A stretch of DNA of 64,000 bases, taken from contig JBBTSU010000005.1 of the NCBI GenBank assembly GCA_038078715.1, forward strand, positions 3,048 to 67,047, read 5' to 3'. Both the position numbers and the translations under genes were made by a program. The notes under the pieces are model-generated. The model was not told where the DNA came from. It saw only the letters and a list, made by a program, of their open reading frames with translations, and searched no databases. Shown here piece by piece: positions 1 through 9,151 of this stretch (position 1 is the stretch's first letter; each line of letters opens with the position of its first letter). The stretch is from Patescibacteria group bacterium. Lineage in GTDB: Bacteria > Patescibacteriota > Minisyncoccia > Phycocordibacterales > Phycocordibacteraceae.

Positions 1-1
1 A

Positions 2-1024
2 CTCCGCTATGTTGCACGTGTACCGATTGAGCTCCATGACCGTGAGTTACTCACCATGGATATGCTTAAGGCGTTAGATGTTCTTGGTAAGAAACTTATT
101 CAAGAAGGTGCACCTGCACTCCGAAAAGCGGTAGGAAGCGGCACTATAGACAAAGTCCTCGTTTCTATTGGCTCACCCTGGCAGGACACTACAATCCGAA
201 GTGCGGTCATTGAAAAGGAGACACCATTCACGTTCACTAAATCAATCCTCCATGAGGCGGTGGAAGAGGGTGCAGAACATACGGAAGGGAGAGTCACTAC
301 CGGCGAGTATGTGATCGCTACTCTTTTGAATGGATATGAAACCAGACACCCATTTGGGAAGCAGGCAACACGTGCAGAACTAGTCATCCTTTCTTCTACG
401 ATTGAATCCTCTATGACGGAGACCGTGTTGACCTCTCTGCGACACATCTACCATACCCGTGACATTAAACTCACTGCCTTTGCACCAGTGTCGTATACCG
501 TGCTCCGAGACCTGTATCCGCACGAAAAGGACTTTATGATCGTGCATGTCTCAGGAGAATCTACCGATCTGGCACTCGTGAAGCGTGGGGTACTGGTGGA
601 CGTCGCTTCGGTGAATGGAGGGTTTAATGCACTTGCCCGTGCTGCACGAAAGGGACGCCCACTCTCTATGACGGCAGATGGAAAATCGCTCCCCGTCGGA
701 GAAGAAGAGGCACCTCTCCCAACTGCCAAAGGAGAGTGGCTCTCATCACTTGCACTTGCACTCCGAGAGTTTGCCTCTCGTCGCGCGCTTCCACGTACTC
801 TCTTTTTGCTTGCCGATGATGAGGCACGCGAGCATGTCGCTCGTATGTTGAACGATGAAGGACTCCGGTCACTTTGGCTTTCTGATGAACCGTTAACTAT
901 TATTCCGTCTCTCCCACAGCATCTCTCCTCCTACCTCACCTGCGATCAGGGCTGCGATTCTGATCTTTTCCTATCTATGCTTGCACTCTCCCTTGAGCGC
1001 ACTGCAGGCATTGCAACGACTTAG
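2..1024 (+). CDS. FtsA/PilM-like actin-fold protein, probably 5'-truncated by the window edge
   Basis: Frame is open from position 2. Segments LLNGYET..PFGK and FMIVHVSGESTDLALVKRG resemble FtsA-like proteins. Confidence 0.55.
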   Translation, partial: LRYVARVPIELHDRELLTMDMLKALDVLGKKLIQEGAPALRKAVGSGTIDKVLVSIGSPWQDTTIRSAVIEKETPFTFTKSILHEAVEEGAEHTEGRVTTGEYVIATLLNGYETRHPFGKQATRAELVILSSTIESSMTETVLTSLRHIYHTRDIKLTAFAPVSYTVLRDLYPHEKDFMIVHVSGESTDLALVKRGVLVDVASVNGGFNALARAARKGRPLSMTADGKSLPVGEEEAPLPTAKGEWLSSLALALREFASRRALPRTLFLLADDEAREHVARMLNDEGLRSLWLSDEPLTIIPSLPQHLSSYLTCDQGCDSDLFLSMLALSLERTAGIATT

Positions 1025-1092
1025 TCCACACGGGGAAGAGGACTCCGGGAGTAGGTGGTGTACAATTCACCCATTATCCCTAGTGTAGTTCT

Positions 1093-2319
1093 ATGCCTAA
1101 GACCATCAACGACATAATTCCACCGTCTCGCCGCCGTGCCATGGAAGCAGACCAGGTTGCCCCTCCACCAACCCGTGAACCTTCTTCCTACAGTTACTCC
1201 CGTCCTCGTCGAAAGTTCCCATGGGGATTGGTCATCGCGATTGTGGTTATTCTTGGTGTGTCTATTGGCGCACTCTACGCATTTGCCGGTGCACGAGTAG
1301 AAATCACTCCTTCGTCTGGAGACGCATCTATCTCAGGTGAGTTCACTGCGACGGCAGCTGCAGGGGAGCTCCCGTTTGAAGTGGTAACCGTAGATAAGAT
1401 TGCCGCACAGAAAGTGGAAGCAGAATCTACCGAGACGGTAACCGATGCGGCGCAGGGAACCATCACCGTCTCCAACACCTCCGGAGAGGCACAAGACTTC
1501 GTAAAGAACACTCGCTTCCAAACTCCTGATGGTCTTATTTTCAAGGCACAGACTCCTATTAGCATCCCTTCAGGCACTGCTGAGCGCCCAGGGACCGTCA
1601 ACATTACGGTCTATGCTGAGTCTCCAGGTGACCGCTATAACGTGGGTCCTACGACCTTCACCCTCCCAGGTCTTGTAGGAAGTGACCTTGGAAAACAGGT
1701 GACAGGTAAGTCCACTGAAGCGATGAGTGGGGGATTCTCGGGTACCCGTCCTTCCGTGTCTCAAGCTACTCGTGACAAACAGTACCCTAAGCTAGAAGAG
1801 GCATTGAAGCGTGATGTAGAGGAAGCAGTAAAGGCACAGGTGCCACAGGGCTACGTACTTCTTCCAGGTGCAACCTTCGTTTCCTTTAGTCCTCAGCCAG
1901 ATACTTCAAGTGCTGCAGGATCAGTAGAAGTTCGCTTGAAGGGGACGGCAACCGCAGTGATCTTCCCAGAAGATGCACTTGCACAAGCGATTGCGTACAA
2001 GTCTCTCGGCGTCTATGCTGGAGAGCCAGTAACCCTTGGGGAGGCAGGAAGTTTGACCCTCTCCGCAACTGAAGCACCTGTCGGAAACGACTTTGCCTTT
2101 AGCATTACGGGAGAGACTGAAATCCTCTGGACCGTAGATACTGAGCGTATAGGCGGTGCCGTGGCGGGTAAGAAGCGTGATGCCGCTCAGGTCATCCTTG
2201 CGGGGTACCCTGAGGTAGAACGGGCAGTGCTAATTCTTCGTCCATTCTGGACGGGATCCTTCCCCTCAGACCCCTCTGAAATAGAGGTCTCAGTCACTGA
2301 CCCAAAGGCAGCCCGCTAG
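1093..2319 (+). CDS. Membrane-anchored protein with a baseplate J/gp47-like domain
   Basis: One TM helix after RRKFPW, then GTITVSN..TRFQTPDGLIF..VYAESPGDRYNV..MSGG, typical of baseplate-J-like domains. Confidence 0.6.
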   Translation: MPKTINDIIPPSRRRAMEADQVAPPPTREPSSYSYSRPRRKFPWGLVIAIVVILGVSIGALYAFAGARVEITPSSGDASISGEFTATAAAGELPFEVVTVDKIAAQKVEAESTETVTDAAQGTITVSNTSGEAQDFVKNTRFQTPDGLIFKAQTPISIPSGTAERPGTVNITVYAESPGDRYNVGPTTFTLPGLVGSDLGKQVTGKSTEAMSGGFSGTRPSVSQATRDKQYPKLEEALKRDVEEAVKAQVPQGYVLLPGATFVSFSPQPDTSSAAGSVEVRLKGTATAVIFPEDALAQAIAYKSLGVYAGEPVTLGEAGSLTLSATEAPVGNDFAFSITGETEILWTVDTERIGGAVAGKKRDAAQVILAGYPEVERAVLILRPFWTGSFPSDPSEIEVSVTDPKAAR

Positions 2320-2326
2320 TGCTTAG

Positions 2327-2355
2327 TTGACCTTATAAACCCTATTTGTTAGAGT
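2327..2355 (+). promoter_or_regulatory. Sigma70-type promoter of the infA-alpha operon
   Basis: TTGACC, 17 bp spacer, TAGAGT with extended TGn. Confidence 0.6.
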
Positions 2356-2369
2356 AATCGGGCTACACG

Positions 2370-2582
2370 ATGGAAGAAAGCAAAGAGCCCGTGACGGGCA
2401 CCGTGGAAGAGGTGCTTCCGAATTCCTTATTCCGCGTTCGTCTCGGTTCGGGTGATCTTTTGCTTGCGTACCTTGCGGGTAAGATGCGATTGCATCGCAT
2501 TCGCGTTCTTGTAGGCGATACGGTGGAACTAGTCACCGATCCCTATGGAGGACGTGCCCGCATCGTGAGGCGCCTTAGCTAA
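2370..2582 (+). CDS. infA: Translation initiation factor IF-1
   Basis: [30 protein letters not shown]. Confidence 0.97.
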   Translation: MEESKEPVTGTVEEVLPNSLFRVRLGSGDLLLAYLAGKMRLHRIRVLVGDTVELVTDPYGGRARIVRRLS

Positions 2583-2586
2583 ACAC

Positions 2587-2703
2587 ATGAAAGTACGCGC
2601 ATCCGTCAAGACACAACAGCCCGGCGACATCATTGTCCGCCGTCGTGGCCGTTTGTACCGCATTAACAAGCGCAATCCTCGTCGTAAGGCGCGTCAGGGC
2701 TAA
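2587..2703 (+). CDS. rpmJ: 50S ribosomal protein L36, Cys-free type (not in the ORF track)
   Basis: Hand translation [38 protein letters not shown], between infA and rpsM. Confidence 0.95.
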   Translation: MKVRASVKTQQPGDIIVRRRGRLYRINKRNPRRKARQG

Positions 2704-2728
2704 TTTTTAGTACGTAATTATTTTTTGC

Positions 2729-3109
2729 ATGCGTATCGCAGGCGTTACCATTCCCGACAACAAGCAGCTCGTCTACGCGCTGCCTCTTATCTTTGGTATT
2801 GGTCCTACCCGTGCCAAGGGTATTTTGAAGCAGGTGAACATTCCGTTTACCAAGAAGGGAAGCGAACTTACACCTGACGAGGAGCAGTCAATTCGCGCTG
2901 CCGCAGAATCTTTCCTCATTGAGGGAGAACTTCGCCGCGAGATCTCACAGAATGTGAAGCGTTTGAAGGACATTCAGTCAGCACGCGGTTCTCGCCATGC
3001 CCGCCGCCTTCCGGTAAAGGGACAGCGCACCAAGACGAACTCACGCACGGTGCGTGGCAATACTCGTAAGACCATGGGTTCTGGTCGCCGTACGCTTGAA
3101 AAGACATAA
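2729..3109 (+). CDS. rpsM: 30S ribosomal protein S13
   Basis: MRIAGV..IFGIG..RLPVKGQRTKTNSRT. Confidence 0.98.
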   Translation: MRIAGVTIPDNKQLVYALPLIFGIGPTRAKGILKQVNIPFTKKGSELTPDEEQSIRAAAESFLIEGELRREISQNVKRLKDIQSARGSRHARRLPVKGQRTKTNSRTVRGNTRKTMGSGRRTLEKT

Positions 3110-3114
3110 TTCAT

Positions 3115-3549
3115 ATGGGTAAGAAACGAATCATCAAAAAGTCAGGACGCGGACTCGACCAGGGTCGTAAGGAGCGTGCACTCTCAAAAGCAGCAAAGCG
3201 CCGTCTTGAGAAGGGCATCTTCCATGTTGAGGCTACCTTCAACAACACCAAGTGTGTGCTTACGGACGAGAAGGGTAACGTGGTTATGTCTTCTTCTTCA
3301 GGTGCTCTTGGTTTCTCTGGCGCACGTAAGTCAACGCCGTACGCAGCGGCAAAGGTTGGTGAGCTTATCGGCGAGAAGGCAATGGCCATCGGTCTTAAGG
3401 AAGCAACCGTTATCATCCGCGGTATTGGTGCAGGACGTGAGTCCGCACTTCGCGCATTCTCAGGAAAGGGCATCCAGATTAAGTCAATTAAGGATCAGAC
3501 GCCGGTTCCTCATAACGGACCTCGTCCTCCTAAGGCACGTCGCGTATAA
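3115..3549 (+). CDS. rpsK: 30S ribosomal protein S11
   Basis: ATFNNT..RKSTPYAA..DQTPVPHNG. Confidence 0.98.
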   Translation: MGKKRIIKKSGRGLDQGRKERALSKAAKRRLEKGIFHVEATFNNTKCVLTDEKGNVVMSSSSGALGFSGARKSTPYAAAKVGELIGEKAMAIGLKEATVIIRGIGAGRESALRAFSGKGIQIKSIKDQTPVPHNGPRPPKARRV

Positions 3550-3555
3550 ACTCAT

Positions 3556-4161
3556 ATGAAAATTGGACCAAAGTATAAAATTGCTCGTCGTCTCGGACCT
3601 ATCTTCGAGAAGACACAGACCCAAAAGTTTGCGATTGCACAGGAGCGCTCAACACCTAAGGGCAAGCGCCCAAAGCAGCACACCGAATACGGTAAGCAGC
3701 TTCTTGAGAAGCAGAAGGTACGTCTTACCTACGGTCTTTCCGAACGCCAGTTTGGTAACTATGTAGAGGAAGCAATGACCACCAAGGGCTCTACTCCTGT
3801 TGATACGCTCCACCGCCTTCTTGAGACTCGTCTTGATAACGTTGTGTACCGCCTCGGCCTTGCGCCGACGCGTCGTGCCGCTCGCCAGATGGTTTCTCAT
3901 GGTCACATCACCGTAAATGGCACGAAGACCACCGTTCCTTCTCGTCGTGTCGCTCTCACTGATCGCATTGCGGTTCGTGGCGGCAGCAAGTCTGCAGGGT
4001 ACTTCGTGAGCTTCGAAGAGAAGTTCATGGAGCGCCAGCTCCCATCCTGGCTTTCGTGGAATCCGAAAGACATGGAGGGTGGCCTTTCGGATATGCCGAA
4101 CGCAGAGAACGCACCGGTGGCGGGAGACCTCATCGCTGTGCTCTCGTTCTACAGCCGTTAA
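3556..4161 (+). CDS. rpsD: 30S ribosomal protein S4
   Basis: EYGKQLLEKQK..LETRLDNVVYRLG..ARQMVSHGH. Confidence 0.98.
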   Translation: MKIGPKYKIARRLGPIFEKTQTQKFAIAQERSTPKGKRPKQHTEYGKQLLEKQKVRLTYGLSERQFGNYVEEAMTTKGSTPVDTLHRLLETRLDNVVYRLGLAPTRRAARQMVSHGHITVNGTKTTVPSRRVALTDRIAVRGGSKSAGYFVSFEEKFMERQLPSWLSWNPKDMEGGLSDMPNAENAPVAGDLIAVLSFYSR

Positions 4162-4194
4162 TTTTTATTCACTACAGGTAATTACGATTGAGTT

Positions 4195-5136
4195 ATGGAA
4201 TACCACATCACACTTCCTTCAAAGCCGCGCGTTGTATCAGAAGAGGGCGTTCAGGGGACTTATGAGATTGATTCTCTTTACCCAGGCTACGGCCACACCC
4301 TCGGCAACTCACTTCGTCGCATTATTCTTTCTTCACTTTCTGGCGCAACCGTTACGTCAGTAAAGATTGAGGACGTACAGCACGAATTCTCAACGATTGA
4401 GGGTGTGCGCGAGTCCGTCATGGAGATTCTTCTTAACCTTAAGCGCGTGCACTTCGTGCTTCAGGGTGATGAGCCTCAGACGGTTCGTCTTTCAGTAAAG
4501 GGTCCTAAGACCGTTACCGCAGGGGATTTCACCCTTCCAACCCAGGTCTCTATCGCAAATCCAGATGTACACATTGCAGACATCTCTGGAAAGGTAGGTC
4601 TTGAACTTGAAGCAACCATTGAGCGTGGTCTTGGCTACGTACCTCGTGAGCAGCTCACCAAGGAGAAGGTAGACATCGGTACCATTGCACTAGATGCCAC
4701 CTTCACCCCAATTCGCCGTGTGAACTACGAAGTAGAGAACATGCGCGTCGGTGATCGTACTGACTTCAACCGTCTCAAAATTCTTATTGAGACCAACGGC
4801 ACCATCACTCCTCGTGAGGCGCTTGAGAAGTCTATTGAGATCATGATCCACCAGCTTAAGGCTGTCATTGGTTTCCAGGAGGAGACTGAAGATGAGGATG
4901 TTCCTATGATGGGATCCGCTTCTGAGAAGAAGGATGCGTCAAAGCTCAAGGTTGCTGATCTTGGTCTTTCCGCTCGCATTGTTTCCTCACTTGAGGACGC
5001 AGGCATTAAGTCTGCTGCAGGTCTTGCCCGCAAAACGGCTTCTGCACTTAAGGAGCTAGATGGCATTGGGGAGAAGGCCGTCACTGAAATTGAGGAGGCA
5101 TTGTCCCTTGTCGGACTCTCCTTGAAGGGCGAATAA
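4195..5136 (+). CDS. rpoA: RNA polymerase alpha subunit
   Basis: GYGHTLGNSLRRIILSS..HEFSTIEGV. Confidence 0.98.
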   Translation: MEYHITLPSKPRVVSEEGVQGTYEIDSLYPGYGHTLGNSLRRIILSSLSGATVTSVKIEDVQHEFSTIEGVRESVMEILLNLKRVHFVLQGDEPQTVRLSVKGPKTVTAGDFTLPTQVSIANPDVHIADISGKVGLELEATIERGLGYVPREQLTKEKVDIGTIALDATFTPIRRVNYEVENMRVGDRTDFNRLKILIETNGTITPREALEKSIEIMIHQLKAVIGFQEETEDEDVPMMGSASEKKDASKLKVADLGLSARIVSSLEDAGIKSAAGLARKTASALKELDGIGEKAVTEIEEALSLVGLSLKGE

Positions 5137-5144
5137 TCACTGGT

Positions 5145-5495
5145 ATGGCTCACGCAAATAAGAAACGCTCATTTGGACGCACGCACGATCAGAAGGTCGC
5201 GCTCATGAAGTCCCTTCTACGCTCTCTCGTTATTCACGAGCGTATCTCTACGACCGATGCAAAGGCTCGAGAGCTTCGCCCGATGATTGAGAAGATGGTC
5301 ACCCGTGCAAAGACCGATACAGTGGCAAACCGCCGCCTTATCGCGTCTCGCATTGGCGACGCAGATGCAGTGAAGAAGCTCTTCACGGCGATTGGTCCTC
5401 GTTACAAGGGACGTGCTGGTGGCTACACCCGCATCGTGAAGCGCCCCGTTGGTCCTACCGGACGCAAGATGGCGTATATTGCATTCGTTGATTAA
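5145..5495 (+). CDS. rplQ: 50S ribosomal protein L17
   Basis: HERISTTDAKAREL..RAGGYTRI. Confidence 0.97.
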   Translation: MAHANKKRSFGRTHDQKVALMKSLLRSLVIHERISTTDAKARELRPMIEKMVTRAKTDTVANRRLIASRIGDADAVKKLFTAIGPRYKGRAGGYTRIVKRPVGPTGRKMAYIAFVD

Positions 5496-5502
5496 ATCCC
5501 CT

Positions 5503-5904
5503 ATGAACATTCGAATGCACAAAGATGACCGAAACCGTATCGCGCACAATGTTGCGCCTATGGAATACACTGTTGACGCAAAGGGCCGTACCCTTGGCCG
5601 TGTGGCAAGTGAAGCTGCACACGCACTCCTTGGAAAGAAGAGCACTTCATTCGTGAAGAACAAGGTGCTCCCAGTACAGGTGACCATTGTGAACGCCAAG
5701 AAGCTTATGATCCGCGAGAAGATGCTCAAGGAGAAGACCTACCGCCGTTACACTGGCTACCCAGGTGGTCTCCGCGAGATGACACTTGCTGAATTTATTG
5801 AGAAGAAGGGAATTGCAGAAGTCCTCAAGAAGACGGTGGATGGTATGCTTCCTCGCAACCGCCTCCGGAAGGAACGCATGAAGCGTCTTACCGTAAACGA
5901 TTAA
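5503..5904 (+). CDS. rplM: 50S ribosomal protein L13 (start 5503 or 5560)
   Basis: VDAKGRTLGRVAS..YTGYPGGL..GMLPRNRL. Confidence 0.95.
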   Translation: MNIRMHKDDRNRIAHNVAPMEYTVDAKGRTLGRVASEAAHALLGKKSTSFVKNKVLPVQVTIVNAKKLMIREKMLKEKTYRRYTGYPGGLREMTLAEFIEKKGIAEVLKKTVDGMLPRNRLRKERMKRLTVND

Positions 5905-5908
5905 TACT

Positions 5909-6307
5909 ATGCCTGAACTTACGTACACTACCGCCGTCGGCCGTCGCAAAACTGCTACCGCCCGCGTGAAGCTCACCCCAGCTGCAAAGACCACTGTGAC
6001 GGTCAACGGCAAACCAGGAGATGAGTACTTCAATACTGGCGAGCGCCGCCTCACTGCCCGTGAAGCCCTTCACATTGAAGGCGTAGAAGGGAATTTTGAG
6101 ATTGTGGCTCGTGTCTCTGGTGGAGGCATCAATGCACAGTCAGAAGCCGTTCGTATGGCAGTGGCTCGTGCACTTGAGAAGCGTGACTTGGGACTTCGTA
6201 AGAACCTCAAAGCCGCAGGATTCTTGAAGCGCGACCCTCGTGCCGTAGAGCGCAAGAAGCCAGGTCTGTTGAAAGCTCGCAAGCGACCATCCTGGTCCAA
6301 GCGTTAA
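5909..6307 (+). CDS. rpsI: 30S ribosomal protein S9
   Basis: GRRKTATARV..RDPRAVERKKPG..SKR. Confidence 0.98.
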   Translation: MPELTYTTAVGRRKTATARVKLTPAAKTTVTVNGKPGDEYFNTGERRLTAREALHIEGVEGNFEIVARVSGGGINAQSEAVRMAVARALEKRDLGLRKNLKAAGFLKRDPRAVERKKPGLLKARKRPSWSKR

Positions 6308-6313
6308 TACAGA

Positions 6314-6337
6314 AGCCCGCCGATATGGCGGGTTTTT
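6314..6337 (+). terminator. Intrinsic terminator after rpsI
   Basis: CCCGCC-gatat-GGCGGG followed by TTTTT. Confidence 0.85.
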
Positions 6338-6354
6338 GCTATATACTTTCTTCC

Positions 6355-7071
6355 ATGACGGAAGGTCCACAAAAACTACGCATGCAGCGTTCTCCGAAAA
6401 GTACTCGGTCTGAAACGCTTATCCTTAAGGACGGAAAGAAGATTTCCGCAGGCGGAGGAATGGCGACGGGTGGTGTGTTCCAGGCAGAAGGACAATTTGA
6501 AGGGGATTGGCGACGACGAAAGATGCCGGTGGTCATCAAAGCCTACGAACGTTCTGGTCACGAGATCTTTCCTTCCATTGCCGAGACGCATAAGTCCGCG
6601 CTTAAAGATAAGATCCGTGTCCCTCGTACCCTTCGCTATAACGTAGAGGAGGGAATGATCGTGCTTACCGATCTGAATGCACGGGGCCATGTCGCGCTTT
6701 CGTTTAACAACCCCTCTGAGCTTATTGCAGAAAACTCCTTGACCGAACTCCCGGGGTTTGAACAGACGGCAAAGGATATCTTTACGCACGCAGCGTATGC
6801 AGCATCAAAAAACTACGCCATTCTTGCGGACGGGTATTTCGTTATGGTACCTACCAAGGAAAAAGAGAAAACTGATTTTGTGGTAGGGGATCTCCAAAGC
6901 TTGGTTAAGCGTACAGAACCAGATCCTCCCGGCATGTCGCTTCGGGTGTATAACCTGAAGGGAGCTCGTCGGTTTCTAGACGGTTTTTGTAGGATATGGC
7001 TCACTGAGGATGTTCAGGAGCGATACCTAGACATGATTGAAAAGATTGAGGCAGGCATTCCTCTAAAATAG
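6355..7071 (+). CDS. Hypothetical protein with protein-kinase-like motifs
   Basis: Gly-rich loop GGGMATGGVF, VVIK, VP, IVLTDL, VVGDL. ATG at 6355 lies 7 nt after TATACT. Confidence 0.55.
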   Translation: MTEGPQKLRMQRSPKSTRSETLILKDGKKISAGGGMATGGVFQAEGQFEGDWRRRKMPVVIKAYERSGHEIFPSIAETHKSALKDKIRVPRTLRYNVEEGMIVLTDLNARGHVALSFNNPSELIAENSLTELPGFEQTAKDIFTHAAYAASKNYAILADGYFVMVPTKEKEKTDFVVGDLQSLVKRTEPDPPGMSLRVYNLKGARRFLDGFCRIWLTEDVQERYLDMIEKIEAGIPLK

Positions 7072-7094
7072 TGCTATACTAGCTTCATAACACC

Positions 7095-8561
7095 ATGTGT
7101 GGCGTCATTGGTATTTCTTCCCGTAAGCCTGTCTCGGGAGAACTATATGAAGGCCTCATCAACCTCCAGCATCGGGGGCAGGATTCAACAGGTATCGCCA
7201 CCTTCAACGGTCGTTTCCATGTGGTACGCGGCGTCGGTTACGTACGTGAGGCATACAACCAGGCATCCTTTGACGAACTCGTCGGTAACATAGGCATCGG
7301 ACAAACCCGCTACTCTACGGCGGGTTCTGCGCATAATGTGGGAAACGCCCAGCCATTCATCACAAACTCTGCCTACGGTATTGCGCTCGTCCATAACGGA
7401 AACCTCACGAACTACCCTGAGCTTCGTAAGGAACTTCAGGAACAGGACCATTTCCATTGCAATTCAGACTCCGATACTGAGGCACTTCTTGGTGTGCTTG
7501 CGACTGAGATAGAGAAGGCGGGAAATTCTCCTGAGTTCTTTGACATCCTGTCAGCTGCGATGGAGAAGGTGTACGCGCGAGTGCGCGGAGGATACGCAGT
7601 CGTCGCCGTTATTGCTGGAAAGGGACTGATCGCATTCCGTGATCCAAACGGTATTCGTCCTCTTGTCATGGGAGAGCGTAATGGAGACGGAGGAAAGGAC
7701 TATGTCTTTGCCTCAGAGAACACGCCGTTTACTCCGCTTGGCTATGAATATGCAGGAGATGTGGGTGCAGGTGAACTCGTGTTTGTGACCACCGAAGGGA
7801 AGATGCACCGCAAGAAGATTGTGGATCGTGAGTTTACCCCTGACGTCTTTGAGTACGTGTACTTTGCTCGTCCTGACGCCGTCTTGAACAATGTGTCCGT
7901 GTATCGTGCTCGTCTTCGCATGGGACAGAATCTTGCCGCACGCTGGAAGGAACTGCACCCAAATGTCACTCCTGATCTTGTGGTTCCTGTGCCATTTACC
8001 TCTAATCCTATTGCGCTTGCCTTTGCACACGAGATTGGCGTGCGGTATTCAGAAGCGCTTTATCGAAACATCTTTATCGGTCGTACCTTCATCATGCCGG
8101 GACAGGAGAATCGTGCAAAGTCAGTGCGTCGCAAGCTCTCTCCACAAGCCATTGAGCTTGAAGGAAAGGATGTGCTTCTCGTAGATGACTCTATTGTCCG
8201 CGGTACTACCACTCGTGAAGTGATTGATATGGTGCGCAAGGCTGGAGCTCGTAAGGTGTACTTTGCCTCTGCCTGTCCTCCCATCATGTACCCCGACTTC
8301 TACGGTATTGATATTCCTACCAAGGATGAGCTTATTGCCGCCAAGAAGACTCCGGACGAGATTCGTGACTTCATTGGTGCTGACATCATGGTCTATCAAA
8401 CCATTGATGGACTCTCTGAAGCAATTCTTCGTCGTGGCGAACACGAGATTGATCGTCTTTCTATGCCATATCTAGATGGCTGGTATGTAACTGGTGATAT
8501 TGATGAGGGTCGTATGGAAGAGGTCAAGAAGTCTCGTACTGAAGAGCGTGCATACGACTAG
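7095..8561 (+). CDS. purF: Amidophosphoribosyltransferase
   Basis: N-terminal Cys (MCG), LQHRGQD, HNGNL, PRPP motif VLLVDDSIVRGTT. Confidence 0.96.
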   Translation: MCGVIGISSRKPVSGELYEGLINLQHRGQDSTGIATFNGRFHVVRGVGYVREAYNQASFDELVGNIGIGQTRYSTAGSAHNVGNAQPFITNSAYGIALVHNGNLTNYPELRKELQEQDHFHCNSDSDTEALLGVLATEIEKAGNSPEFFDILSAAMEKVYARVRGGYAVVAVIAGKGLIAFRDPNGIRPLVMGERNGDGGKDYVFASENTPFTPLGYEYAGDVGAGELVFVTTEGKMHRKKIVDREFTPDVFEYVYFARPDAVLNNVSVYRARLRMGQNLAARWKELHPNVTPDLVVPVPFTSNPIALAFAHEIGVRYSEALYRNIFIGRTFIMPGQENRAKSVRRKLSPQAIELEGKDVLLVDDSIVRGTTTREVIDMVRKAGARKVYFASACPPIMYPDFYGIDIPTKDELIAAKKTPDEIRDFIGADIMVYQTIDGLSEAILRRGEHEIDRLSMPYLDGWYVTGDIDEGRMEEVKKSRTEERAYD

Positions 8562-8600
8562 TGTTTTGACTCTCCGTCCCTGTTCAGGCATATTCTCTAT

Positions 8601-9149
8601 ATGAATAACGACGATGTCGTAATTGAACCAGACGAACTTTCCGAAGGCGGGAGCGAAGAAGAGCTTGATGCTCTTGAGTCTCGTGTAGATGCCAAGGTCA
8701 CTAAACTCAAGAAAGAACTTGAGCAGGTGAAGGCAGAGAAGCAGGAATACTTGGATGGTTGGCAGCGTGCAAAGGCAGACTATGTAAATGCGCTTAAGCG
8801 TTTTGAGTCAGAGAAAGCAGGGGCAATTGAGCTCGGGAAAGTAGTCAGTGTACAGGCATTCCTTCCTGCAATTGATTCTCTAGAGCGCGCAGAGGCAGCA
8901 GGTGAAGTGCCAGAAGCTTTCAAAGGTATCGCAAAGCAGCTTCATGATGCTGCGCGTGCACTTGGTCTAGAGAAGATTGGAAAGATAGGTGAGACATTTG
9001 ATCCCAACATGCATGAAGCACTCGGACAGGATACTGCGCCCTCTCCCGACAAAGACGACACCGTTACCGTGGTGCTTGAGACTGGATGGAAGTCTAAGGA
9101 ATCAGTGGTGCGTCCTGCTAAGGTGCGAGTCGCACATTTTGAAGGCTAG
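8601..9149 (+). CDS. grpE: Nucleotide exchange factor GrpE
   Basis: WQRAKADYVN..FDPNMHEA..VRPAKVRV. Confidence 0.95.
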   Translation: MNNDDVVIEPDELSEGGSEEELDALESRVDAKVTKLKKELEQVKAEKQEYLDGWQRAKADYVNALKRFESEKAGAIELGKVVSVQAFLPAIDSLERAEAAGEVPEAFKGIAKQLHDAARALGLEKIGKIGETFDPNMHEALGQDTAPSPDKDDTVTVVLETGWKSKESVVRPAKVRVAHFEG

Positions 9150-9151
9150 CT

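Noticed and set aside
1093-2319. Prophage, T6SS or eCIS suggested by the baseplate-J-like domain
   Set aside because: No sheath, tube, spike, terminase or integrase gene is in the window, and the protein has a TM anchor.
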